In this document: positions 30,315 through 40,349 of the stretch, piece by piece | Numbering within the stretch: the stretch's first letter is position 1 | Layout: every line of letters starts with the position of its first letter | Source: Candidatus Heimdallarchaeum endolithica | Lineage (GTDB): Archaea; Asgardarchaeota; Heimdallarchaeia; Heimdallarchaeales; Heimdallarchaeaceae | Length of the DNA stretch: 64,000 nucleotides | Assembly (NCBI GenBank): GCA_021513715.1 | Contig: CP084167.1 | Span: 1,344,001 to 1,408,000, forward strand | Direction: 5' to 3' | The notes under the pieces: model-generated | Database searches by the model: none | Seen by the model: the letters and a program-made list of their open reading frames with translations, nothing else | Told to the model about the DNA's origin: nothing | Program-made: the position numbers and the translations under genes

Positions 30315-30971
30315 TTATTTTACAATTACCTTTGTTTGAATAATGTGAGGACTCACACTTTTATTAAAACGTACAATGACGTTTTTATCTCTTGACTTAC
30401 GTTTTCCATGTATGTGAGTGATTTTTCCAACCATTTTTAGATTATTTTCAGGATTAGTAACTATAGCTTTTCTACCAATATAACTTGCTAAAGGCATTTC
30501 AGTATTTAGTAATCTTACGATTATTGAATTATTAGATGATCTCCCGACTTTATCATGAACTAGAGACTGTACAACTCCATATGTCTGAGAAATAATTTTC
30601 TCTTTTTTTGGTTTTCCAGTTTTTGGTTTTTTAGTTTTGGTTTTTACTTTAAGAGTGACAGGTTGTGTCTTTTTAACTGGAGTAATCTTTTCTTTCTTAG
30701 CTTTAGGCTCTGCTTTCTTCTTAGGCTCTGCTTTAGGTTCTACTTTCTTCTTAGGTTCTTTTACAGGAGCAGTTTTTTCACTTGCTGATTCTAGAAGTTC
30801 TTTTGCAGCCCTTCGCATTTTATCAGCAGTTACCTTACCTACACCTGGGATATCTGTTAATTCTTCAAGAGAAGCATTAGCTATTTTTTCTACTGTATCA
30901 AATCCTCTCTTTTTTAGATCATCTGCTTTTTTAGCACCAATCCCCGGAATATCAGTAATTTTTGGTTCCAT
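30315..30971 (-). CDS. HhH domain fused to an eL33 (L35Ae)-like ribosomal protein domain
   Basis: IPGIG / IPGVG HhH pair, a Lys/Pro/Glu linker, then ASYIGRK...GKITHIHG...VIVRFNK as in L35Ae. Confidence 0.75.
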   Translation of the reverse strand: MEPKITDIPGIGAKKADDLKKRGFDTVEKIANASLEELTDIPGVGKVTADKMRRAAKELLESASEKTAPVKEPKKKVEPKAEPKKKAEPKAKKEKITPVKKTQPVTLKVKTKTKKPKTGKPKKEKIISQTYGVVQSLVHDKVGRSSNNSIIVRLLNTEMPLASYIGRKAIVTNPENNLKMVGKITHIHGKRKSRDKNVIVRFNKSVSPHIIQTKVIVK

Positions 30972-31119
30972 TCTCTACACCTTACTAACTCAGAACTCAA
31001 TCATTGTTTTAAAAATTTTTAGATTGATTTCAGAATAGAAACTAAAAAATTAATGATTTTTTAAAAAGAGATTTTTAATCTCAAAAACAGTTTTTAATAA
31101 TAAGTTTTTGCTTTATTTA

Positions 31120-31425
31120 ATGAGCGAAAAAAAAATTGTTTTAACAGGTTTTGAACCCTTTGGCGGATCTAAAGTAAACCCTACTGCTAAATTATGAGTT
31201 GAAATTTTACTTAATTTCTTCAGGACTCTCCCCAACCAATCAACAAACTTAGCGAAAGTTGTGAAGACTGGCTTAAGAGAACATGTCCCTTCTTTACCAG
31301 AACAAGTATTAGAAAAAAGGCTTCCTTCAATGTCATTCGAATTAATTGAAAAAGGAATTAAAGTAGCTATTAAAACTATTATTATGGAATTAAAAAATGT
31401 AGAGAATGAAAATTTAATAAAATAA
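31120..31425 (+). pseudogene. pcp: Pyrrolidone-carboxylate peptidase pseudogene (not in ORF track)
   Basis: N-terminus MSEKKIVLTGFEPFGGSKVNPT and C-terminus HVPSLPEQV..LPSMS remain. The middle is replaced by a 93-bp element fragment. Confidence 0.9.
31193..31285. mobile_element. Partial second copy of the 9204-9580 element
   Basis: 91/93 identical to the reverse complement of 9488-9580. Confidence 0.92.
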
Positions 31426-31472
31426 TCTTTATTGCCATTATTATTATCATAGAGTATTCTTAAGATGTATAC

Positions 31473-32549
31473 CTATTCAAACAACGGGTAATGAATGTTG
31501 CTATCTTCATTTATTGCTTTCAAAATAAGAGACATTTCATTTTGTACCCAGATATTTTCCTGTGTAAGTAAATTATAATTTACTAAATCCCTAAATGAGA
31601 AATAGCGTAACCTCTCTATTCTATTAGTTGCATACTCATGAGCCTCATTTATTAGTGATTTACGAGCAGATTTTTTGATTCTATCAACTGTCCAAGTTTC
31701 AGGAAGTATTGTTTTTTCATCTATATTTTTTACTATTTCTAGTAATTTAGCTGAAATTTGAAAAACTAGGAACCAATGTTTTTGATTCAATAAAATAGAC
31801 ATTAAATTTAACAACTGTTGAATTTTAAATTTCAGTATTTTTACAGGATTCACCACATAATCTCTAATTCCTTGAAACAAAGCAACTAGTTTTATAACTT
31901 CATTCTCTGATCGTTCGTTTTTTCTTTGCACTATCTTGAACAAAATAGAATTTTGTTCAATCTTTGAAATATCTACGTTTTGAAATTCTGTTATTATATC
32001 AAATTTTGATATTTTTAAAAAACAGCAGCTTGGAGAAATACGAAAGAGGTTTTCAATTGATTTTTGTTTGTTTTCTACAAGGATTCTAATTAACCATTTT
32101 GTCATCCATCTATTAAAACAGAAAATTTCACTTAATATATTTCCTACTTCATCTAAAAATGTAACAGTTGAGCAATCAGGTGTTTCAGTTATCAAGGACT
32201 TATACTGTGCTTGATTTATAAAGAATTTACCAGAAGTAATGAGTATATAATCATTAATGGCATGCTTCATGATTTTATTTAATATTTCAACATCTATTCT
32301 TTTTCTAATAGGTGGAATAACTTTAATAGGAGCACAATCTGTTTTTTTGTTAAATATTTGTCTTTCTTCATCATTTATAAAAAAATCAGTTATAAGATCA
32401 TTTGACAGATGTTTTAATTTTTGAACATGAGTTATTAACTGTTCTACATTTTCACAATTTAGAATAAATATTGAAACATTTGATTTATCTTTCTTTTTTG
32501 ATTCAAAGTGATGAACTGTACGTTCAAGTAATTTAACAATGTTACTCAA
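31473..32549 (-). CDS. Hypothetical protein, possibly degenerate MobA-like NTP-transferase fold
   Basis: Overlaps the mobB stop codon. Only weak fold resemblance. Confidence 0.45.
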   Translation of the reverse strand: MSNIVKLLERTVHHFESKKKDKSNVSIFILNCENVEQLITHVQKLKHLSNDLITDFFINDEERQIFNKKTDCAPIKVIPPIRKRIDVEILNKIMKHAINDYILITSGKFFINQAQYKSLITETPDCSTVTFLDEVGNILSEIFCFNRWMTKWLIRILVENKQKSIENLFRISPSCCFLKISKFDIITEFQNVDISKIEQNSILFKIVQRKNERSENEVIKLVALFQGIRDYVVNPVKILKFKIQQLLNLMSILLNQKHWFLVFQISAKLLEIVKNIDEKTILPETWTVDRIKKSARKSLINEAHEYATNRIERLRYFSFRDLVNYNLLTQENIWVQNEMSLILKAINEDSNIHYPLFE

Positions 32550-33136
32550 AGTTTAAATTCCTCCAATAGAAGTTCAATTATTTGCTCATCTGATTTAAAT
32601 AGATTAAAATTATATTTTTTCACAAATAGTTTAACATCTTTTTCATTTTCTTTGTAAATGTTCGATGGGCAATAAACACCAATTAAGTTATCTAAATTGA
32701 ATAACGACAAGTCAATGTTTTTTGTCCAAACAATAATTTTTGGAAAATCTAACTTTTTAAAACCTTCAATTATTATAAGATCAGAATTGGTATATTCATT
32801 TATAAGACCTATAGTTTGCTCAAGAGACAATTCACTAAAAGTGATCTGTGTACCATTAGAAAAGAGAACTGCAGTAGAGACACCTCCACTAAAGAAATTT
32901 TTATCAGAATCTTTTCCATGATCCTCTATTTTGTGAGTTGGAGCTGATTTAATTGTAGACACTTTAATTTTTTTGTTATTTAATTTTCTAATTATATTGG
33001 TAACTAAAGTCGTCTTTCCAGTGTTAGAAAAACCAACAATTTGGATAATTTTTTGTCTTTCAACTGAAATATTCATTATTAATGGAAAAAAATAATAATA
33101 AAATTTAAACTTACTTACCCAATAATTTTTTTGCAT
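32546..33136 (-). CDS. mobB: Molybdopterin-guanine dinucleotide biosynthesis protein MobB
   Basis: VGFSNTGKTT, GKDS and DLIIIEGFK...PKI. The real start is probably near 33076. Confidence 0.85.
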   Translation of the reverse strand: MQKNYWVSKFKFYYYFFPLIMNISVERQKIIQIVGFSNTGKTTLVTNIIRKLNNKKIKVSTIKSAPTHKIEDHGKDSDKNFFSGGVSTAVLFSNGTQITFSELSLEQTIGLINEYTNSDLIIIEGFKKLDFPKIIVWTKNIDLSLFNLDNLIGVYCPSNIYKENEKDVKLFVKKYNFNLFKSDEQIIELLLEEFKL

Positions 33137-34604
33137 TCGTGATATATTTTTCTGCTGTTGAAGGGCCTATTCCTTTGATTTTTACAAGCTCATCTATAGA
33201 TGCATTAACGAGTTTTTCTACATTTTCAATTCCTGCTTCTTTTAGTAATTTAGCTTTTGATTCTCCTATTCCTGGGACATCTACAAGCGAATATTGAGAT
33301 TCTTTGTCTACGTGTTCATCAATCTTCATTGAAGAAGGAATTTCTTCACTTACAGTTTTTTTGGCTTTAGATACATTTTCTAATTGTTTCTGTGTAGGTT
33401 TGCTAATCGAAAGAATTTTTTCTTGATGAGTTGAAGGAGTTTTAGTTGGTAATTGCTCTTTTTGTGATTCTTCTTTTTTCTTTTTTAGAATTTCACTAGG
33501 TTTTAACAATGTATGCTCTTTTTTTTCCTCTTGTACGTAATCTACAGTTCTTGAGATTACAGGGATTGCCTCCCTTTTTCTCAAATATTCTGAAGGTTTG
33601 AGTAGTCGTTCAGAAGGAGTGTTATCATCCCTTTCTTCAATATCAAACATTTTTCGTTCTTTATCAAAAATTGTTTCTCTTTCTTTAAGAACTTCACTAG
33701 GTTTCAAAAGACGCTTTTCTGGAGGGCTAGGTTTACTTTCTTCTCTTTTTAAAGGAGGTAATACTTTCACTTTTGGAGATCTTGTAGGCCCTTTATCTAG
33801 GATCTCGCTGGGCCTAGCTAACTTATTTTCTGGTGGCTTCAATCTTTTTTTTGGTAAAGGTAGAACATTTTCTTGAACAGGTGTTTTAACTTTTTTATCA
33901 ATAGGTTCTGAAGTTGTTTCGATTTGTCTAATATCTCTAAAACTTCCAGATGGTTGAAGTTTTCTGACTGAGGTCTCTTTTTTCTCAATTGGAGTTGAAA
34001 CAACTTTTGCTTCTCTGATAGGAACACCTGTAGGCTTTAATCGTGCTCTAACATCTGCAGCAGTTTCACCCAAAAAGTGTTCTTTTTCTTTTCTAGTAAC
34101 TGTAGGTTCAGGTTTCTTTTCATCAACTGGCTCATAATAAACAACCTTAGCTTCTTTTACAGGCACACCAGGAGAAGACAACAAACTTCTATAACTCGAA
34201 GGTTTTTCTGCAGAAGGTTTTACAGGTTCATCATAAACTACTTTAGCCTCTCTTATTCTATGGCCAGTTCGTTTTAAAGCAACACCAGTATTTAGAGGAA
34301 GTAATTCTTCTTCCAGTTTATCTTCATTTATATTTTGAATACCAAAATCACTTAAAAATTCTGAAAACCAAAAAGAAAATCTTCTGAAATTTAATTGGCC
34401 AGTAATAGTTCCTTCCCAGAAATTATAACACATTTTTGCTAATTGATCCAATGAACTAAATGAACGAGTTTCTATTGCATGTTTCCCATCAAAAAAATAA
34501 ACAGTTCCATTTATTGTGGGCGAGAAAGTAGTGGATTTAGGCTCTAGAGCTACCCCATATCTTGTAGAGCCAATCAATCTTTTAGGTCTTTGCGGAATAG
34601 ACAT
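33111..34604 (-). CDS. Repeat-rich, largely disordered protein with C-terminal HhH
   Basis: Internal repeats (V/I)(R/K)EAKVV and LLKPSE. C-terminal VPGIG / IKGIG. Confidence 0.8.
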   Translation of the reverse strand: MSIPQRPKRLIGSTRYGVALEPKSTTFSPTINGTVYFFDGKHAIETRSFSSLDQLAKMCYNFWEGTITGQLNFRRFSFWFSEFLSDFGIQNINEDKLEEELLPLNTGVALKRTGHRIREAKVVYDEPVKPSAEKPSSYRSLLSSPGVPVKEAKVVYYEPVDEKKPEPTVTRKEKEHFLGETAADVRARLKPTGVPIREAKVVSTPIEKKETSVRKLQPSGSFRDIRQIETTSEPIDKKVKTPVQENVLPLPKKRLKPPENKLARPSEILDKGPTRSPKVKVLPPLKREESKPSPPEKRLLKPSEVLKERETIFDKERKMFDIEERDDNTPSERLLKPSEYLRKREAIPVISRTVDYVQEEKKEHTLLKPSEILKKKKEESQKEQLPTKTPSTHQEKILSISKPTQKQLENVSKAKKTVSEEIPSSMKIDEHVDKESQYSLVDVPGIGESKAKLLKEAGIENVEKLVNASIDELVKIKGIGPSTAEKYITNAKKLLGK

Positions 34605-34711
34605 TTCTTATCAAATAATTAAATTCAATCAACTTATAAAAAATTTACCTATTGTATTAATCATTGAATTAAGTGATACTGAAAACGCAAAAAATAAAAA
34701 AAATAAAAAAA

Positions 34712-36220
34712 TTAAGTACTTTTAACTGGTTCTTCTTCTGTTTCTGCCTTTGCAATCCAAGACTCTCTTGATTCTTTATCGTAATCTTTCAAGACTCTTT
34801 CTTTCACTCTAGTAATATCTTTTTGTATGTCTTCAGACAATTGAGTTCTTCTTCCGCTCTTACCTCTAAATGGATCAGTCAAGTAGAAGAAGAGAATAGT
34901 CTTATAGGCTGTAGAAATAGGACGTAAAACTGCAGTCATTGGCAGATAACCAAAGAAGAAAAACATAATTGAAACTGCAATACCAAATATTGCAATATTA
35001 GTTACGCTTCCTAATATCTGATAACCTAGCCAATAATATCCAATGAAGAATCCACCTATAGTAAATATACTAAAAGTCATAAAAATGAATAATCCTTTAG
35101 CTATGTTAACTCCTGTTTTTTCAATGATAATATCTGCCCCAGAGTCTAATGATAGTTCAGATGAACGAGCTATACTTTTTATGAACCCCTGTTTTTCTAC
35201 CACAATGATTGTTAATGTATAATAGTTCAAGAATTTCAGAATCTTATAGAGCCATTTTATTAGAATTACGAATATAAAGAATATCACTGTTAGAATATTC
35301 TTTATAACATTCCAAACTTTGTAAAACTTAGAAGTTTCTTTTATCTTCTTCGCTGCGAAGTATTGAACAATAATAACTATCCAATTGAAGAAAGCCATAA
35401 ATGTACCAAAAAGAACAATGCTTCCTTTAACTTTCATGATTTCACGGAAAGCTTTTCTTATACTAGCATCTTTATAATTATTCCATCGCTTGAAAATACA
35501 GATATTGATTGCATCAGTGAAATATAGCATAGTCCAGTAAATATTCAAGTAAACGTAAATAACTAAGAAGAAGACTAAAGTTTGTACCCATGAACTCTTG
35601 TCAGTTAATATATCACCGATATTAAATGCAGTCCATACAGAAGCTCCTGTACCGAGAATGAAGAGTACAATACTAAAGAGGGCAAAGAAAATAATTGGTA
35701 AAATTGTTCTCCTATTTTCGTTAACTGCTTCACAACTTGTTTCGAATATTTTCGCTCCAAGAATAATTCTTCTTGAAACGAGTAAAACAATAACAATAAG
35801 AAAAGCTGTTGGAGCAAGAATTACTAGACCAATCCAGATTGGATCTATAAAAATAACAGAGTAAATTCCTCCGCCTAATAAGAGTAGAGGGACACCAAAA
35901 ATTGTCCCAATAACTGTTTCTGCGCCGAGGTAACTCATAAACCAGACTTCAATATAAGCCAAAATAATCCCAAACAAAAAAAGAACGCCAATAGTTCCAA
36001 GTACCCAATATTTGGTAGCAGAATCAACTGTGTATCCTGATAGATCACTAATAGAAAGTCCTTGAACTTTTCCAACAATCCAGTCAATAATTCCTTGATT
36101 GCTTTGATATAAGTCATATAAAGCAAAAACTCCAAAAGCTAATGCTCCTAGAGTAACAAGGAACCAAATGTAAAAAATTAATCCAAAATCTCTTACTTTT
36201 TCTTTATTATCTTTATTCAT
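34712..36220 (-). CDS. Choline transporter-like (CTL/SLC44) membrane protein
   Basis: About 10 TM helices with RRIILGAKIFETSCEAV, GSIVLFG and KILKFLNYY.L..IVVE..GFIKS, matching CTL-family motifs. Confidence 0.7.
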   Translation of the reverse strand: MNKDNKEKVRDFGLIFYIWFLVTLGALAFGVFALYDLYQSNQGIIDWIVGKVQGLSISDLSGYTVDSATKYWVLGTIGVLFLFGIILAYIEVWFMSYLGAETVIGTIFGVPLLLLGGGIYSVIFIDPIWIGLVILAPTAFLIVIVLLVSRRIILGAKIFETSCEAVNENRRTILPIIFFALFSIVLFILGTGASVWTAFNIGDILTDKSSWVQTLVFFLVIYVYLNIYWTMLYFTDAINICIFKRWNNYKDASIRKAFREIMKVKGSIVLFGTFMAFFNWIVIIVQYFAAKKIKETSKFYKVWNVIKNILTVIFFIFVILIKWLYKILKFLNYYTLTIIVVEKQGFIKSIARSSELSLDSGADIIIEKTGVNIAKGLFIFMTFSIFTIGGFFIGYYWLGYQILGSVTNIAIFGIAVSIMFFFFGYLPMTAVLRPISTAYKTILFFYLTDPFRGKSGRRTQLSEDIQKDITRVKERVLKDYDKESRESWIAKAETEEEPVKST

Positions 36221-36329
36221 ATGTTAAATAGCAAGTTATTATTGAAAAATGTTTTCCAAAGAATAAAATTACTAAAAAAATTAGTTCTGAAAACCTTATT
36301 AAGTCATTTTTTTTTAAAAAAATAGTCAA

Positions 36330-37226
36330 ATGAATCATAAAATAACTCTTATTAGTCATTTAGTTCTTGATGACAAAATATTTTTCAAGGAAGATAAAGT
36401 TAAAGAAGAATATAACCAATTGGGTGGTCCAGCAACTTATGGTTTGCTAGTTAGACCTTTTATTAAGCAGAAAATAAAATTACTAACTTCTTGTAGTAAA
36501 GATTTTCCTATTTCAAAAATACAAACTAACCCAAAAAACATAACTGTCATTCCTTCAAAAACCACAACAAGATTTAAACATGAGATTTTCCATAGTCACA
36601 GAAATTTATATTTAATAGACACTGCTAAAGAACTTAATACAAAAATCCAAACAATCAACACAGGAAAAGCGTGTTTATGCTCTCCTGTTTTTAAAGAAAT
36701 AAGTGTTGATTCTGTAAAACATCTCACACAAAATCATGAAATCACAGTTGTAGATATCCAGGGTTTCCTAAGATTTAGAGAAAAAAATAATCTAATCACC
36801 TTCAAATTCTCAAAAGATGAGATAACAGAGATTTTGAAAATAGCAGATTATGTTAAGCTATCCTATGAAGAAGCTTCAATAATAACTCAAGAAAATACTT
36901 TAACTAGAATATTTACTAAACTAGGTTATGAATCTGCAATCATTACTTTAGGTAAGGAAGGAGTTGCGTATAAAGAAGAAAAAAGAATTTTTAAGATCCA
37001 GGCCCCATTAGTGGAAGAAATAGATCCTACTGGAGCAGGAGATGTATTTATTACCGCTTTTCTTGGGAAATTGATTGAAACAGGAGAAATAGATTATGCA
37101 GTAGCTTTTGGAATAGCACTTGCATCTCATGCAGTAACAACAAAAGGAGCTGAACCATTACCAAAAGTAAACTATAAAGAAATTGCAGATGAATTGTTAA
37201 GTACAAAAAGAAAAATAGAAACTTAG
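36330..37226 (+). CDS. PfkB-family carbohydrate kinase
   Basis: GGPATY, DIQG, ITLGKEG and DPTGAGDVF. Confidence 0.92.
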   Translation: MNHKITLISHLVLDDKIFFKEDKVKEEYNQLGGPATYGLLVRPFIKQKIKLLTSCSKDFPISKIQTNPKNITVIPSKTTTRFKHEIFHSHRNLYLIDTAKELNTKIQTINTGKACLCSPVFKEISVDSVKHLTQNHEITVVDIQGFLRFREKNNLITFKFSKDEITEILKIADYVKLSYEEASIITQENTLTRIFTKLGYESAIITLGKEGVAYKEEKRIFKIQAPLVEEIDPTGAGDVFITAFLGKLIETGEIDYAVAFGIALASHAVTTKGAEPLPKVNYKEIADELLSTKRKIET

Positions 37227-37849
37227 TTAATATCTATAATTTTGAGAGAAGAAACACATTGATTAATTAGCTCAGAGTATTTAATTTTTAACTCTTCACT
37301 TTTCACTTTTTCTTCATTAGCTTGTGTAATTGGGTGTTTTGGTCCAAGAATGTCACAAACTTCTGGTCCAGAAGATATTTCAAAAGTTCCGATTTGTTTT
37401 GAATAATTAATTATTGTTTCTTTATCTATTGCTATCAAAGGCTTTAATACTCTGTATTTAGTAGCTTTTTCAATGACATTTATATTCATTAGAGTTTGGC
37501 TAGAAACTTGTCCTAAGCTTTCTCCTGTTATTATGTAACTTGCATTTTCTTTTTTTGCTATTTCTGAAGCTAGAACAAGAAGTAATCGTTTCATTAAAAC
37601 AAAAAAATAAGAGTGAGTACATTCATTTACAAATGTCTGTAAAGAATTAGCTATATCCATAACATACAATTTTGACCAATTGAACTTTTTTGCAATTTCA
37701 ATACATTTTTCTATTGTCCACTCCCCAACAAAATCTACATTTGATAAATGAAGAGGAATTATCTCAAATCCTTCTTTTTTTAATAAGTAACCTGCTACTC
37801 CGCTATCAAAACCTCCGCTTAACAGCAGTACTGCTTTTTCTTTTTTCAT
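37223..37849 (-). CDS. thiI: ThiI-like PP-loop sulfurtransferase (no THUMP domain)
   Basis: LLSGGFDS, TGESLGQVSSQT and PKHP. Confidence 0.85.
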   Translation of the reverse strand: MKKEKAVLLLSGGFDSGVAGYLLKKEGFEIIPLHLSNVDFVGEWTIEKCIEIAKKFNWSKLYVMDIANSLQTFVNECTHSYFFVLMKRLLLVLASEIAKKENASYIITGESLGQVSSQTLMNINVIEKATKYRVLKPLIAIDKETIINYSKQIGTFEISSGPEVCDILGPKHPITQANEEKVKSEELKIKYSELINQCVSSLKIIDIN

Positions 37850-37962
37850 TCAATTTTACATTTATTTGTTATTTTTTTAACCTTTGGATTTTTGAAAAAT
37901 TTTATTAATATTACCTTATTGTTGAGACAGAATATACATTTTATTAATAAAATGGTGATAAA

Positions 37963-38394
37963 ATGGAAATAAAGAACTTTTCTATGGATTATTACGATGA
38001 AGTTTATGAATTATGGAAGAAAACAGGGCTAACTGTTACTAAATCTGACTCTAGAGAAGGAGTTAAGATAATGCTTGAACGAAACCCTGATCTTTTCTTA
38101 ATTGGAATTGAAAATGACAAATTAGTTTGTGTTGTCTATGGTGGATTTGATGGAAGAAGAGGTTTCGTACATCATCTAGCTGTTGATCCACAATTTCAAA
38201 GAAAAGGATTAGGAAAAATGATGATGGAAGAACTAGAAAAAAGATTCAAAAGAATGAATGTTGAAAAGATACATCTTTTTATCGAAAAAAGAAATTTAGG
38301 TGTAATAGAATTTTATAAGAGATTAGGTTGGTATTTAAGAGACGATTTAGTTATAATGTCTTTTGTACCAGATGAAGAAAACGAAAAAGAATGA
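37963..38394 (+). CDS. GNAT acetyltransferase (YpeA-like)
   Basis: GGFDGRRG.VHHLAVDP..QRKGLG and FYKRLG. Confidence 0.92.
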   Translation: MEIKNFSMDYYDEVYELWKKTGLTVTKSDSREGVKIMLERNPDLFLIGIENDKLVCVVYGGFDGRRGFVHHLAVDPQFQRKGLGKMMMEELEKRFKRMNVEKIHLFIEKRNLGVIEFYKRLGWYLRDDLVIMSFVPDEENEKE

Positions 38395-38399
38395 AAATG

Positions 38400-40172
38400 C
38401 TATTCTTCTTTTTTCTCCTCTTGAACTAAGGGGGGAGACAAAACAGCTGTTGATTCAATACTTAACGTTCCTTTATCCATTGCCTTTTTAATATATCCGA
38501 AATAGTCTAGCTCGTAAATATATTTCATTAAAATTTCTTTACGCATGCTTAGTATTTTTGATAATTCTTCAACTGTTAGAGCTCTTGAGAAATCGTTTAG
38601 GATATAAAGAATCCTGTATTTAGGATCTGTATTCAAAAATCCTTCAAGACTCTTCAAGGATGTACTTAAAGTATCTATCTTCTTCCTTAATTTCTGGATA
38701 TCCAATTCATATTGATATTTTTCTTCACTACTTATTGTTCCTTGTTTCTCAATTTTGTCGAGTGTCACTTTTGTATTTATTAGTTCATTTTCTGTTTCTT
38801 TGAGTTTTGAAGTTAATTCTTTGATCTTTTCTTGTTGTGCTTCCAGTTCCTTCTGTATCTTTTCTTTTTCTTCAGAAAGATTATTAGCTCTTTCCTGAAG
38901 TTCTCTTGATTCAGCATCTTTTTCTGCTATTTTGAGCATAAATTCATCTATTTGGGTTTGAACTGCATGAAGTTCTCTTTCTTTTCCACTTATTTCTTGC
39001 TGAAGTTCGATCATTGTCTCTGCTAAACGTTCAATGTCTGAATCTTTCTCTTTCAATTGTACTTGAAGTTCAGTAACTTGATTTTCAAGTGTTTCAATCT
39101 TTGATTGTTGTTCAAGAATAATTTTATCTTTTTCTTCAATTTGTTGTTTTAACTCTTTCTCGAGTTCACCTAATTCAGATATCTTAGAAGTGTCACTCTC
39201 TTGTTCCTTCATTTTCTCTTGTATCAACTTTAATTCATTCTTAAGATGAGTATTCTCCTCTTTCAGTTTATTGATTTCCTCCTTTGAATGATCGAGATCA
39301 ATCTTTAGAGCCTCAATTTGATTTGCTTTTTGAGATATGTCTATTTTCTGATTTCTTATAGTATCTTCATTTTCAGCTATCTGATTTCGTAGATTGAAAA
39401 TAGTTAATCTAGCTTTTTCTAACTGTTTCTGAAGTTCTTCAAAAAACTGATCCTCTTTTGATGCACTTTCTGAACGAATCACCCTAAGCTTGCTTTCTAA
39501 TCCTTCTATTTGTTTTGCATAAGAATCACGTTCAATTTTTATTCTGTTGAATTCAGATTGTAGATTAGTTTTCTCAAGAGTTAACTTTTGTATTTCCCTA
39601 TCCTTATCTCTGATCACTTCGTCACGTTCTTTTATTAGAGTCTCATCAATCTTTGGAATTGCTGCTGTTTCTGCTAATTCAGATATTTTTCCTTCTATAT
39701 TCTGAATATATGCTTGAGCTTCAGCGAGTTCTTTCTGCAGAAGAGCATTTTCTTTATTTAACTGTTTAACTTTACTATTTAGCTCATCTCTCTCTTTTTC
39801 TAATGAAGGAATTCTTTCTGACTCTTTTTTATATCTCTGAAGTTGATCTAGCATTTCTTCAGTAATAAATTCACCTTTAACAAATCCTTGTTCAATTGCT
39901 GTTCTAATCTTTGTTGTTCCTTCTGTTACAATCATCAAATGTACATCATTCAAAACTTGGGAATAACTAGATTTGAAATTTTTAATGATAGCATCAACTT
40001 CACTTACTGAATATTGAGATTTTCCAGGAGCTAAAGATTGACTTTTAATTTCTTCAGCTTTTGCTTTAACTTGTTCTTGAGCACTAACTCTTAAAACTCT
40101 CATTTCATTTAAGAACTTTTGAAGTTGATCTCTTACAATTTTAAATGGACTGTCGGCCATTGCTGATGCCAT
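38400..40172 (-). CDS. Long coiled-coil protein with C-terminal winged-helix-like domain
   Basis: About 400 aa of heptad repeats, then DPKYRIL.IL...LTVEELSKIL...YIYELDYFGYI. Confidence 0.8.
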   Translation of the reverse strand: MASAMADSPFKIVRDQLQKFLNEMRVLRVSAQEQVKAKAEEIKSQSLAPGKSQYSVSEVDAIIKNFKSSYSQVLNDVHLMIVTEGTTKIRTAIEQGFVKGEFITEEMLDQLQRYKKESERIPSLEKERDELNSKVKQLNKENALLQKELAEAQAYIQNIEGKISELAETAAIPKIDETLIKERDEVIRDKDREIQKLTLEKTNLQSEFNRIKIERDSYAKQIEGLESKLRVIRSESASKEDQFFEELQKQLEKARLTIFNLRNQIAENEDTIRNQKIDISQKANQIEALKIDLDHSKEEINKLKEENTHLKNELKLIQEKMKEQESDTSKISELGELEKELKQQIEEKDKIILEQQSKIETLENQVTELQVQLKEKDSDIERLAETMIELQQEISGKERELHAVQTQIDEFMLKIAEKDAESRELQERANNLSEEKEKIQKELEAQQEKIKELTSKLKETENELINTKVTLDKIEKQGTISSEEKYQYELDIQKLRKKIDTLSTSLKSLEGFLNTDPKYRILYILNDFSRALTVEELSKILSMRKEILMKYIYELDYFGYIKKAMDKGTLSIESTAVLSPPLVQEEKKEE

Positions 40173-40239
40173 GTTTATTTCCCTTAACTTTTTTATAGAA
40201 TAAGATATATTCTATATATAAATAGGTTTCTTCTAAGAA

Positions 40240-40349
40240 TAGTACTTCCGAATTATCTCAAAAAGTATGAATTGAGAACACGCCAATGATAGTATGGACG
40301 CCTATAATTTTAACCTATAGAAATCGGTCAACTTATTGCGGAAGTACTA
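40240..40349. mobile_element. 110-bp MITE copy 2
   Basis: 11-bp perfect terminal inverted repeat TAGTACTTCCG / CGGAAGTACTA and a 6-bp duplication TAAGAA (40234-40239 and 40350-40355). Confidence 0.93.

Noticed and set aside
38400-40172. SMC/Rad50 call for the coiled-coil protein
   Set aside because: No Walker A/B motifs, hinge or zinc hook.
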